DNA of 64,000 nucleotides from Verrucomicrobiota bacterium (GTDB lineage: Bacteria > Verrucomicrobiota > Verrucomicrobiia > Limisphaerales > SXTU01), in the NCBI GenBank assembly GCA_039796295.1, contig JBDKJY010000005.1, forward strand, positions 125,324 through 189,323, in the 5' to 3' direction. This document shows positions 10,092 to 19,019 of the stretch, in pieces; the first letter of the stretch is position 1, and every line of letters begins with the position of its first letter. Under the pieces are notes generated by a model. That model was not told where the DNA came from, did not search any database, and was given only the letters and a program-made list of their open reading frames with translations. Made by a program: the position numbers and the translations under genes.

Positions 10092-11426
10092 ATGAACACC
10101 TCACACCGCTTCAACCGTCGCGCCTTTCTGCGCGGCGTCGGCGTCACGATGGCCCTGCCGTGGCTCGAATCTTTCAACGTCTGGGGCGATGAGCCGACGA
10201 AGAACAAGCCCGCCAGCGAAGCGCCCGTGCGCCTCGCGGTTTTGTTCTCGGGCAATGGCTTTCACTCGAAGGAATGGTGGGCCAAGGGCGAGGGCAAGGC
10301 GATGGAGCTGGGCCGCGTGCTCACGCCGCTGGCGGACTTCCGCGAGAAGCTGACCTTCGTGCGCGGCCTGTATCACGAGGAAGCGCGCAAGGGAAACATC
10401 CACAGTTCGCAGACGGGCAACATGCTGTCGGGTGCGCCCATCGCGTCGGGCGGCGAGATTCGGTCGGGCACGAGCTTCGACCAATTGCTCGCGCAGACTT
10501 ACGGCCGCTCGACGAAAGTGCCGAGCCTCGTGCTGGGCTGCGAGCACTCGAACCCGTCGGTGCACAAGAACTACTCGATGCTCTACAGCTCGCACATCTC
10601 ATGGAGTTCACCCACGACGCCGACGCCGCTGGAGCTTTACCCGGCGCTGGCCTTCGACCGGTTGTTCAAGGACGCCGTCACGCCCGGCGACAAGAGCGTG
10701 CTCGACGCCGTCCTCGCCGACGCCACCGGCCTGCGCCGCCAAATCAGCACCGCCGACCAGCGAAAGCTCGACGAGTATCTCGACTCCGTGCGCGACGTGG
10801 AGAAGCGCATCGAGAACGCCGGCAAGCGCGGCGAAGTGCAGGGCTGGCGGCCCACGCTTGAGAAGCCGAACATCGCGCGCCCCGCCGACGGCATCCCGCA
10901 GGATGTAGGTGAGCACATGCGGCTCATGTGCGACCTCCTCGTGCTCGGCTTCCAGACCGACACCACGCGCATCACGACGCTCAAGCTGAACAACGACCAC
11001 AGCGCGCTGCGGTTCCCGAATCTGCCCAGCGTGCAGCAGAAGGGGAACGGCATCGACTACATGATTCACCACCTGCTCTCGCACAGCGACGGCGAGGACT
11101 GGCTGAAGGTGAACCAGTTCTTCATGGAGCAGCTCGCCTACATCGCGCGGAAGCTCGACGCAATTCAGGAAGGTCCGCGCACGTTGCTCGACAACACCAT
11201 GCTCATGCACTGCTCCAGCATGATGGCCGGCGCGAGACACGATAACGACCAACTCCCCGTCCTCCTCCTCGGCGGTGCCGGTGGCCGGCTCAAGGCTGGC
11301 CGCGCCCTCGACTACAAGGACAAGCCCGACCGCCAGCTCTGCCGGCTCTACCTCTCCATGATGGACAAGATGGCTGTGCGGCCTGCGACCTTTGGCGATG
11401 GGAAGAAGCCGCTGGAAGAAGTCTGA
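10092..11426 (+). CDS. DUF1552 domain-containing protein (Tat signal)
   Basis: RRAFLRGVGVTMALPWLESF leader, HHLLSHSDGE motif. Paralog of 1-984 and 13061-14320. Confidence 0.85.
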   Translation: MNTSHRFNRRAFLRGVGVTMALPWLESFNVWGDEPTKNKPASEAPVRLAVLFSGNGFHSKEWWAKGEGKAMELGRVLTPLADFREKLTFVRGLYHEEARKGNIHSSQTGNMLSGAPIASGGEIRSGTSFDQLLAQTYGRSTKVPSLVLGCEHSNPSVHKNYSMLYSSHISWSSPTTPTPLELYPALAFDRLFKDAVTPGDKSVLDAVLADATGLRRQISTADQRKLDEYLDSVRDVEKRIENAGKRGEVQGWRPTLEKPNIARPADGIPQDVGEHMRLMCDLLVLGFQTDTTRITTLKLNNDHSALRFPNLPSVQQKGNGIDYMIHHLLSHSDGEDWLKVNQFFMEQLAYIARKLDAIQEGPRTLLDNTMLMHCSSMMAGARHDNDQLPVLLLGGAGGRLKAGRALDYKDKPDRQLCRLYLSMMDKMAVRPATFGDGKKPLEEV

Positions 11427-11561
11427 GGGCTCCGAGCACACCAGTCGGCTTGCAGTCGCGGGAAGCAACGAGCAAGTTTTTCCCGTTCCCGGAATTCCTG
11501 CCGTCGTCGAACAAAACTTGTCCGTTACGTTCGCCCGGGCTTATGGAAATACCCTCCAGAC

Positions 11562-12092
11562 ATGCTCAGCGAAACCGACCAAGAGCGCTTCATGCGCCTG
11601 TGGACCTCCGCCCAGCCGGCGGTGGCCAATTACGTCCACGCCCTCGTGCGCGACCACAGCGCAGCGAAGGATGTGTTGCAGGAGACGGCGCTGGTCCTCT
11701 TCCGTCGTTTCACGGAATACGACGGACAGCGGCCGTTCCTCGCGTGGGCGCTTGGGATTGCGCGCTTCCAGGTGCTGGGTCTCCAGCGCGATGCCGCCCG
11801 CAGCCGCGTCGCGTTCGATGACGAGCTGCTTGCGCAATTCACGGACACCTGGGCTGAACTCGCGCCCACGTTGTCCGACCGCAGCGCGGCCTTGCAATCG
11901 TGCATCGAGCGACTCGCCAGCCACGCGCGCCGTCTGGTGCAGTTCCGTTACTTTGAAGACCTGACCGCCGAGCAAATCGCACAACGTCTAGGCGGTAACG
12001 GCCCCGCCGTGCGGGTCAACTTGCAGCGCATCCGCGAAAAACTCCGCGTGTGCGTCGAACGCCAGCTTCGTCTCGATGGAGAAATGTCATGA
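11562..12092 (+). CDS. ECF-type sigma-70 family RNA polymerase sigma factor
   Basis: 176 aa. Region 2-like DVLQETALVLFRRF and region 4-like LTAEQIAQRLGGNGPAVRVNLQRIREKLR. Confidence 0.85.
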   Translation: MLSETDQERFMRLWTSAQPAVANYVHALVRDHSAAKDVLQETALVLFRRFTEYDGQRPFLAWALGIARFQVLGLQRDAARSRVAFDDELLAQFTDTWAELAPTLSDRSAALQSCIERLASHARRLVQFRYFEDLTAEQIAQRLGGNGPAVRVNLQRIREKLRVCVERQLRLDGEMS

Positions 12093-13003
12093 ACAATCCC
12101 GAACCACTCATCGCCGCCTATCTCGACGGCGCGCTCAGCGACACCGAGCGCGCGGAATTGAACTCCTGGCTCAAAGCCGACGCCGCGAATCTGCGCCGGT
12201 TCACCGAGGCCGTGATGTTTGAACAACAGATCCGCACCGCTGCGCACGCAACCGCCGAGCAGCACGCTGCCGCGGATTTAGCTCCATCAGTCGTCCACCT
12301 GCAACCGCGCTCACTGTGGTTCCAACGGCGTCCGCTCATGGCGGCGGCGGCGGGGTTGGTGATTGGATTGTTCAGCGCTTCGATGGTGTTTGGGTTTGTG
12401 GTTCAGCGAGGCGTGGAAAAGCGGACACCGCTGGCGGTGTTTGCGCCGAGTTTCGAGAATGCGCAGATTCCGCTGGCGAATGGCTTCCCGAGTGGGACGG
12501 GACGGTGGAGTGGCGATGCGGCGCAGGTGGTGGCGGCGGAGAACGGGGTGTCACCGAAGGAAGGAAAGGTCATGCTCAGGATTGAACCGATGAGCAAAGG
12601 TGTGCCCCGCATTTATCAAGTGCTGGATCTGCAATCGCTGCCGCCGGGCGCGGGCGGCGAGTCGCGAGAAATCGAAATCTCGGCATCGTTCGCCGCGGCG
12701 GATGCCGAGGCATCGGTGCGTTATGTCATTCGCGCGTTTGCCGTCACCGAAGCGCCGGAGAACCTCGATGCGGCATTGGTTGACCCGCGGGAAGAGGCGA
12801 TCGCCTTGGTCACGAGAGGCGTGGATGTCATGCCGGGAACGAAAGGCTGGCAGACATTCAGCGTGAAGATTCAAGTGCCGCGTGCTGCTCGCAGCCTGGT
12901 GCTGTTTTTCGGCGTGCGCACACCGGACAAGGCCGCGCGGACGTCGCCGCATTATTTGGACGACGTGCGCGTGTCGTTGCTGACGCCGCCGCCATTGCCG
13001 TGA
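12089..13003 (+). CDS. anti-sigma factor (single-pass membrane protein)
   Basis: ATG 12089 overlaps the sigma stop (ATGA). N-terminus MNNPEPLIAAYLDGALSDTERAELNSWL. One TM segment LMAAAAGLVIGLFSASMVFGFVV. The extracytoplasmic domain is unassigned. Confidence 0.7.
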   Translation: MNNPEPLIAAYLDGALSDTERAELNSWLKADAANLRRFTEAVMFEQQIRTAAHATAEQHAAADLAPSVVHLQPRSLWFQRRPLMAAAAGLVIGLFSASMVFGFVVQRGVEKRTPLAVFAPSFENAQIPLANGFPSGTGRWSGDAAQVVAAENGVSPKEGKVMLRIEPMSKGVPRIYQVLDLQSLPPGAGGESREIEISASFAAADAEASVRYVIRAFAVTEAPENLDAALVDPREEAIALVTRGVDVMPGTKGWQTFSVKIQVPRAARSLVLFFGVRTPDKAARTSPHYLDDVRVSLLTPPPLP

Positions 13004-13060
13004 TGATTTCACTTTCTCCGCTGCACCAGGACGAAACTCGAACCCCTACCCGACCATCCC

Positions 13061-14320
13061 ATGAACACACACCACACACCCGTCATCGACCGCCGCCATT
13101 TCCTTCGTGGACTTGGAATGGCTCTCGCACTCCCGGCTTTCGAGAGCCTCAACGTCGGCTTCGCGGCCACGGCTCCGAGCGTCACGCCGAGGCGGCTCAT
13201 TTGCATCGGCAATCATCTCGGATTTTGGCCGGGTGGATTTTTCCCGACGCCGGAAGGGCGCGACTATGCGATCAGCCAGACACTGGCTCCGTTGCAGGCG
13301 CATCGCGGGGATTTCACGGTCTTCTCTCATCTCGATCACGGAGCGAAGGGTGGTCACGGCGCGGTGCATTCGTTTCTGACGGGCGTGAAGAAGGAGGAAT
13401 CGGCGGGGTTCCCGGAGAAGAACATTTCGATCGACCAGGTGGCCGCGGAGCATGTGGGTTCCGCGACGCGGTATCCGTCGATCACGGCGGGGATCGGTGA
13501 AGGCACGAACATGTGCTGGAACCGCGCGGGCGTGAACCTTCCGCCGGTGGACAATCCGGCGCGTCTGTTTGAGGCGCTGTTTGTCGAGTCGAGCGCGGGC
13601 GCGAAGGCGTCGGAACGCGAGCGTCTGTCGAACCGGGCCAGTGTGCTCGATGCGTTGCGCGAGTCGGCGAAGCAACTCGGCGGCAATCTGGATGCGGCGG
13701 ACCGCAGCAAGCTCGACCAATATCTGACCTCGGTGCGCGATGTGGAGCGCCGGTTGAAAATGTCCGAGGCGTGGCTGGGGCGGCCGAAGCCGAAGTCACC
13801 GATCGGTCAGGTGAAAGATGAGGAGCGGATGCAGATCGAGGAAATCCCGCTGTTCATGGATCTGATGACGCTGGCGTTGCAAACGGACTCGACACGCGTG
13901 ACGACTTTTGAAGTCCCGCTTGGATTTCACACCAGGGACCTCGACGTCGGCAGCTATCATGGACTGTCTCACCACAGCAAGCAGGAGGGTCTTCTCACCC
14001 AGTTGCAGGTCGTGGAGAAATATCTCATGACGCAGTTTGCGCACCTGTTCGGGAAGTTGAAGGAGGCGGGTTTGATGGACAGCACGCTCGTGGTAATCGG
14101 CAGCGGCATGGGCAATGCCTCGAACCATTCGAATCGTGATTTACCGGTGCTACTCGCGGGCGGTGGACTCAAGCATCAGGGCCACGTCGTGTGCCCGGCG
14201 GAGGAGCGGAAGCGCATTCAGTTGTCCAATCTCTGGCTGTCCACGCTCCAGTGGTTCGGCGTGGAGCGCGAGCGCTTCGGGCGCAGCACGGGGACGTTCA
14301 CGCCGATGAAGATTGGCTGA
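13061..14320 (+). CDS. DUF1552 domain-containing protein (Tat signal)
   Basis: RRHFLRGLGMALALPAFESL leader, YHGLSHHSKQE motif, tail LSNLWLSTLQWFGVERERFGRS. Confidence 0.85.
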   Translation: MNTHHTPVIDRRHFLRGLGMALALPAFESLNVGFAATAPSVTPRRLICIGNHLGFWPGGFFPTPEGRDYAISQTLAPLQAHRGDFTVFSHLDHGAKGGHGAVHSFLTGVKKEESAGFPEKNISIDQVAAEHVGSATRYPSITAGIGEGTNMCWNRAGVNLPPVDNPARLFEALFVESSAGAKASERERLSNRASVLDALRESAKQLGGNLDAADRSKLDQYLTSVRDVERRLKMSEAWLGRPKPKSPIGQVKDEERMQIEEIPLFMDLMTLALQTDSTRVTTFEVPLGFHTRDLDVGSYHGLSHHSKQEGLLTQLQVVEKYLMTQFAHLFGKLKEAGLMDSTLVVIGSGMGNASNHSNRDLPVLLAGGGLKHQGHVVCPAEERKRIQLSNLWLSTLQWFGVERERFGRSTGTFTPMKIG

Positions 14321-14356
14321 GGAGGAGGAAGCACAACTCAATCACCAACTGCCCGC

Positions 14357-16843
14357 ATGAACTTGCATCAATTCTACCAACGAGTGATCCGCCGCGTGAC
14401 GCTTGCGGCCTTGATCATCATCCCATCGCTCTGCGTCTCTGCTCCTCTGCGTGAGGATTTCCTCAAGGAGTATTGCATCAAATGCCACGGTGCGGAAAAG
14501 CAGAAGGGGGACCGGCGCTTCGATGCGCTCACGCCCGACATCAAGACTCCCGACGATGCCTTGCTGTGGCAGGAGATTCTCGATCAGCTCAACAAGGGCG
14601 AGATGCCGCCGAAGAAAGAGAAGCAGCCGCAGACGGCGGAACTGCTCGCTGCGGTGGATGCGATCACCGCATCCGTCGGCGAAGCCGCGCTGCGTTTCAT
14701 AGGCACGGCAGCCCACACCGTGCTGCGCCGGATCAACAGCTATGAATACCAGCAGACCATCGGCGACCTGCTGGGATTGAACGTCGCGGGATGGAATCCC
14801 ACGGTGGATTTTCCGCCGGAAACACGCGTGAACGGCTTCGACAACAATGCCGGTGCGCAGACGACCTCCGGGATGTTGCTCGATCACTACTTTGTCGCCG
14901 CCGAGCAGGCCATCCAGCGCACGACGGCGTTTGGCGGGAAACCGGAGATGAAGACCTACGCGCAGAAGTCGCCGTTCTACTTCGAAGGCAGGAAAAATAA
15001 TGACCTGCCCAAGCTCTTTCGCACAGATCGCTACCGCTGGATTTCGGACAAGGGCTACGATGATCTCCAGGCGCGGCATTATCGCGGCGGGCACATCGGC
15101 TTCGAGCCGCTGGCGCGCGGAGGCGCACCGCAGAGCGGACGTTACACCATCCGTATTCAGGCTGCCGCCATCGATCGCACGCATTCCTATGACTTCCTGA
15201 CGGACTTCCGCAACGGCGATCCGATCGTGATGGAAATCGCCGCGGTAAATCGCGAAGGCAGCGTCGAGAGCACGGGCAACATCACCACAGAGCGCACGCT
15301 CGCGCTGGTGGAACTCACCAGCGAGAAACCGCAGTGGTTCGAGTGGACCGTCGATCTCGATCGCGGTGAAGAGCCGGAGATACGCTTCCGCAACGGCGCG
15401 GGCAAGGCCAAGTCACTGGCTTACAAGTTGCTCAAACACGCCAACGGACATCCTGAATTGGAAGCTCTCGAAGGAAAGGGAAAGAAGGGAAAGCCCAGCG
15501 CGGCGGACGCGCTCCGGGCCTATCGCGGTCCGAAGCTCCGCATCTGGGAAATGCAGGTCAAAGGCCCGCAACTCGACCAGTGGCCGACGCGTGGCCACAG
15601 CTTGCGCTATGGGACGCTCACGCCGGATCAGATCAGCCGCGCCAACATCCCCGAGCGTCTGCGCATTTTTGCCGCGACAGCGTTCCGCCGTCCTTTGCGC
15701 GCAGGCGAACTGGCCCCGATCGAGAAGTTGGTCACAGCAAAACTCGACGCCGGCATGAAGCCGATGGCCGCACTGCAACTCGGCTTTGAGACCATTCTCT
15801 GCTCGCCCGCATTCCTCCACCTGCACGAGGGCACCGGCAAGCTGAACGACTTCGCGTTGGCATCACGCCTGTCGTATTTCTTCTGGTCCTCCATCCCGGA
15901 CCAGACGCTCTACCAGCTCGCCGCTGCCGGCAAACTGCACGAGCCCGCGACGCTGAGCGCGCAGGTGGATCGCATGCTCGCCGACCCAAAGTCGCAGCGA
16001 TTCGTGCAGAACTTCATCCGCCTCTGGCTGAACCTCGACCACATCGGCGAGATGCCGGTTTCCACCGACTTCGTCAGCTTCTTCCGCGACAACATCGACG
16101 CGGCCATGCGCGCCGAGACCGAGACATTCTTCCGCCACATCCTCGACAAAAATCTGCCACCGCGCGAATTCCTCGCCGCGAACTACACCTTCGTGAATCG
16201 CGAACTCGCGCTGCACTACGGCCTGCCGCCGGTGGAAGGCGTGCAGCTTCGTCAGGTATCTCTGCCCAAAGGCGAACGCGGCGGCCTGCTCACCCAGGCC
16301 TCGTTCCTCACCGCCTCCGCGAATGGCGTGGACACCTCGCCTGTCGTGCGCGGCGTCTATGTGCAGGAGAAACTCCTCGGCTACACGCCGCCACCGCCGC
16401 CGCCCGACGTCCCGCTCATCGAGCCCGATGCCAGCGGCGCCACCAACATCCGCGAGCAACTCGCCAAACATCGCACGATCGAAACCTGCGCCTCGTGCCA
16501 TCGCAAGATCGACCCATTCGGCTTCGCGCTGGAGAACTTCGATGCCATCGGCGGCTGGCGCGCGAACTACTCGAAAGATCAAAAGATCGATCCCACCGGC
16601 GCGCTGCCCACCGGCGAGAAGTTCACCGGCGCCGCGGACTTCCGCAACCTGCTCATCGCACGGCACGAGCAGTTCACCCGCGCGCTCACGGAGAAACTCC
16701 TCACCTACGCCCTCGGCCGCGCACCTGAATTCACCGACCGCGCCGTGATCGACGGCATCATGAAAAACCTCTCGGCCAACAAAGGAGGATTCAAGGATCT
16801 CGTCCGCGCTGTGGTGCTCAGCGAGTCCTTCGGGAAAAACTGA
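14357..16843 (+). CDS. CxxCH / DUF1587-DUF1592-DUF1588-DUF1585 family protein, 828 aa
   Basis: CIKCHGAEKQKGDRRFDAL and CASCHRKIDPFGFALENFDAIGGWR motifs. Paralog of 5227-9426. Confidence 0.85.
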   Translation: MNLHQFYQRVIRRVTLAALIIIPSLCVSAPLREDFLKEYCIKCHGAEKQKGDRRFDALTPDIKTPDDALLWQEILDQLNKGEMPPKKEKQPQTAELLAAVDAITASVGEAALRFIGTAAHTVLRRINSYEYQQTIGDLLGLNVAGWNPTVDFPPETRVNGFDNNAGAQTTSGMLLDHYFVAAEQAIQRTTAFGGKPEMKTYAQKSPFYFEGRKNNDLPKLFRTDRYRWISDKGYDDLQARHYRGGHIGFEPLARGGAPQSGRYTIRIQAAAIDRTHSYDFLTDFRNGDPIVMEIAAVNREGSVESTGNITTERTLALVELTSEKPQWFEWTVDLDRGEEPEIRFRNGAGKAKSLAYKLLKHANGHPELEALEGKGKKGKPSAADALRAYRGPKLRIWEMQVKGPQLDQWPTRGHSLRYGTLTPDQISRANIPERLRIFAATAFRRPLRAGELAPIEKLVTAKLDAGMKPMAALQLGFETILCSPAFLHLHEGTGKLNDFALASRLSYFFWSSIPDQTLYQLAAAGKLHEPATLSAQVDRMLADPKSQRFVQNFIRLWLNLDHIGEMPVSTDFVSFFRDNIDAAMRAETETFFRHILDKNLPPREFLAANYTFVNRELALHYGLPPVEGVQLRQVSLPKGERGGLLTQASFLTASANGVDTSPVVRGVYVQEKLLGYTPPPPPPDVPLIEPDASGATNIREQLAKHRTIETCASCHRKIDPFGFALENFDAIGGWRANYSKDQKIDPTGALPTGEKFTGAADFRNLLIARHEQFTRALTEKLLTYALGRAPEFTDRAVIDGIMKNLSANKGGFKDLVRAVVLSESFGKN

Positions 16844-16966
16844 ATTGAGCCGGCCGTCAGGCGACATGAGATGCCGTGAGCGATGATCCTTGTGGTTCTT
16901 AGTTGCGTCATTGAGCCATCTACCGGAAGTGCTGCCGGATACGTTGGCTAAGGCTACGACAGAGCA

Positions 16967-17103
16967 GGTTTGAAGGGCGGTAAGCGTTTCACTCCCCGGA
17001 AGCTCACGCCGCTCAACCTGTGGCTGTCGGTGCTGCCGGCGTCGGCGTCTATGCCGAGCGTCACGGCGACAGCTCAGGTGTGGTGAAGGGGATCACGGCT
17101 TGA
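16967..17103 (+). pseudogene. relic of a DUF1552 gene (last ~45 codons, frameshifted)
   Basis: It translates as GLKGGKRFTPRKLTPLNLWLSVL, then shifts one frame near 17035 to AGVGVYAERHGDSSGVVKGITA*. This matches the C-termini of the intact paralogs (GGGLKHQG...LSNLWLSTLQWFGVERERFGRS). An in-frame TAA lies upstream at 16949-16951. Confidence 0.6.
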
Positions 17104-17161
17104 TTCACGCCTGATTTCCCGGTGGAGTTTTCGCGATGAACAGGCCAGTTTTTCCGCTACT

Positions 17162-18043
17162 ATGAACCTTAATACTTTCCGCAGCAGTGCGGTGGTAGCG
17201 CTGCTTATCCTCACGGGCCCAATCCTTGTGGCTTCAGATGCTTTTCGGATCGAAAAGGACATTGCCTATTTAGCCCCGGACCGGAAGGAGAAGGCGGATT
17301 TGTATCTGCCCGCTAAAGCGCCGACCAGCACGCGGCATCCGGCGGTGCTCATCATCCACGGCGGTGGCTGGACGGGTGGCGACAAGGGCGCGGCGCGGGA
17401 AATTAACATCGGCACCAACCTCGCGCTGAACGGCTACGTGGGCCTGAGCATCAACTATGTCCTCGCCAGCACGAACAAAGATTCGGCCAAGCCGACGTGG
17501 CCACAGAACCTCCACGACTGCCTGACCGCCGTGCGCTGGTTGCGCAAGAACGCGGAGCGGCTCCAAGTGGACCCGGAGCGCATCGGCGTCATCGGCGGCT
17601 CGGCGGGCGGGCATCTGGCGGCGATGCTGGCGGTGCTGAGCGAGAAGGACGGCTTCGACCCGAAGGTGCCTTACAGCGAGTTCTCCTGCCGCGTGAAATG
17701 CGCCGTGGACCTCTATGGCCCGGCGGACTTGGCCGGTCACCACGACATCTCCATGCTCGGCAAGCGCGCAGCCGAGGCACCGGAACTTTACCGTGCCGCT
17801 TCGCCCGTGACTTACGTGGACAAGCAGGACCCGCCCATCCTCATCCTGCACGGCACGGCAGACAAGACGGTGGACATCGCGCAGTCCAAGCTCTTCGCTG
17901 CGAAGCTCAGGGAGGCCGGCGCACCGCACGAACTGGTCATCGTCGAAGGCGCACCACACACGTTTCACCTGCAACCGAAGCAACGTGACTTGCGGCCCGT
18001 GGTGCTGGGCTTTTTCGACAAGCACTTGAAAGAGGCGCGCTGA
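17162..18043 (+). CDS. alpha/beta hydrolase (esterase/lipase-like), secreted
   Basis: Signal peptide, HGGGW oxyanion motif, GGSAGG nucleophile elbow, C-terminal HGTADKTV and PH. Confidence 0.8.
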   Translation: MNLNTFRSSAVVALLILTGPILVASDAFRIEKDIAYLAPDRKEKADLYLPAKAPTSTRHPAVLIIHGGGWTGGDKGAAREINIGTNLALNGYVGLSINYVLASTNKDSAKPTWPQNLHDCLTAVRWLRKNAERLQVDPERIGVIGGSAGGHLAAMLAVLSEKDGFDPKVPYSEFSCRVKCAVDLYGPADLAGHHDISMLGKRAAEAPELYRAASPVTYVDKQDPPILILHGTADKTVDIAQSKLFAAKLREAGAPHELVIVEGAPHTFHLQPKQRDLRPVVLGFFDKHLKEAR

Positions 18044-18100
18044 CGACTTGAGTTGCCCGCGCCAATTGTGAGTTAATCCTGCGCAACAGAAAGACACACT

Positions 18101-18985
18101 ATGCACCTAATGGGAATTGGCGACGAAGCGGGCGGCGGACTGGATTTTCAAATCAAGGCCGCGAAGGAGCTCGGCTGGAAGTTCATCGAGATGCGCGGCG
18201 TGGAGGTGCCCGGTTTCCCGAAGGCAAACTTTCACGAGATTCCTGATGCCGCGTTTGACATCGCCGCTGCAAAGCTCCAGGAGGCGGGCTTGGGCGTTTA
18301 TTGCTTCGGCTCCACCATCATGAACTGGGCGAAGACGGTCGAGACGCCGTTCGACGTGACGCTGGGCGAGGTGCGCCGCGCCATCCCCCGGATGCAGCGG
18401 CTCGGCACGAAGTTCGTTCGCATCATGAGCTTCAAGCCCACAGACACCGCCGCCGTCACGCCGCCCGTGGTCTTCGAGCGGGTGCGCGAGGTGACGAAGA
18501 TTTTCACCGATGCCGGCCTCACGCCCGTGCATGAGAACTGCATGAACTACGGCGGCATGAGCTCCGCGCACGCGCTGGAGATGCTGGACAAGTGCCCCGG
18601 CCTCAAGTGGGTCTTCGACACCGCCAATCCCATCTTCAACGCGGACCGCCAACTCCCCTCGCCGTGGCCGAAGCAGAACGCCTGGGAATTCTGGACCACC
18701 GTCCGCGACCACGTCGCGCACATCCATGTGAAGGATGCGACCTGGAACCCGGCCAAGAACGACGCCGACTACAACTGGCCCGGCGAAGGCCAGGGCCAGG
18801 TGCGCCGCATCCTCGCCGATGCTTTCGCGCGCGGCTATGACGCCGGCATCAGCATCGAGCCGCATATGGTCGTCGTCTTCCACGACGCGGGCGCGAAGGC
18901 CACGAACGACGCCGATGTGTGTGCGAACTTCGTCGAGTATGGCCGACGGCTGGAGCAGCTCATCGCCGGGGTGAAGGCTAGCTGA
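18101..18985 (+). CDS. sugar phosphate isomerase/epimerase (xylose-isomerase-like TIM barrel)
   Basis: 294 aa. The pattern VHENC...HIHVKD...GISIEPH is typical of the AP-endonuclease-2/xylose isomerase-like fold. Confidence 0.7.
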   Translation: MHLMGIGDEAGGGLDFQIKAAKELGWKFIEMRGVEVPGFPKANFHEIPDAAFDIAAAKLQEAGLGVYCFGSTIMNWAKTVETPFDVTLGEVRRAIPRMQRLGTKFVRIMSFKPTDTAAVTPPVVFERVREVTKIFTDAGLTPVHENCMNYGGMSSAHALEMLDKCPGLKWVFDTANPIFNADRQLPSPWPKQNAWEFWTTVRDHVAHIHVKDATWNPAKNDADYNWPGEGQGQVRRILADAFARGYDAGISIEPHMVVVFHDAGAKATNDADVCANFVEYGRRLEQLIAGVKAS

Positions 18986-19019
18986 GCTAGAGCGCCGGTC
19001 TCTTCTCGGCGTTGGGAAG

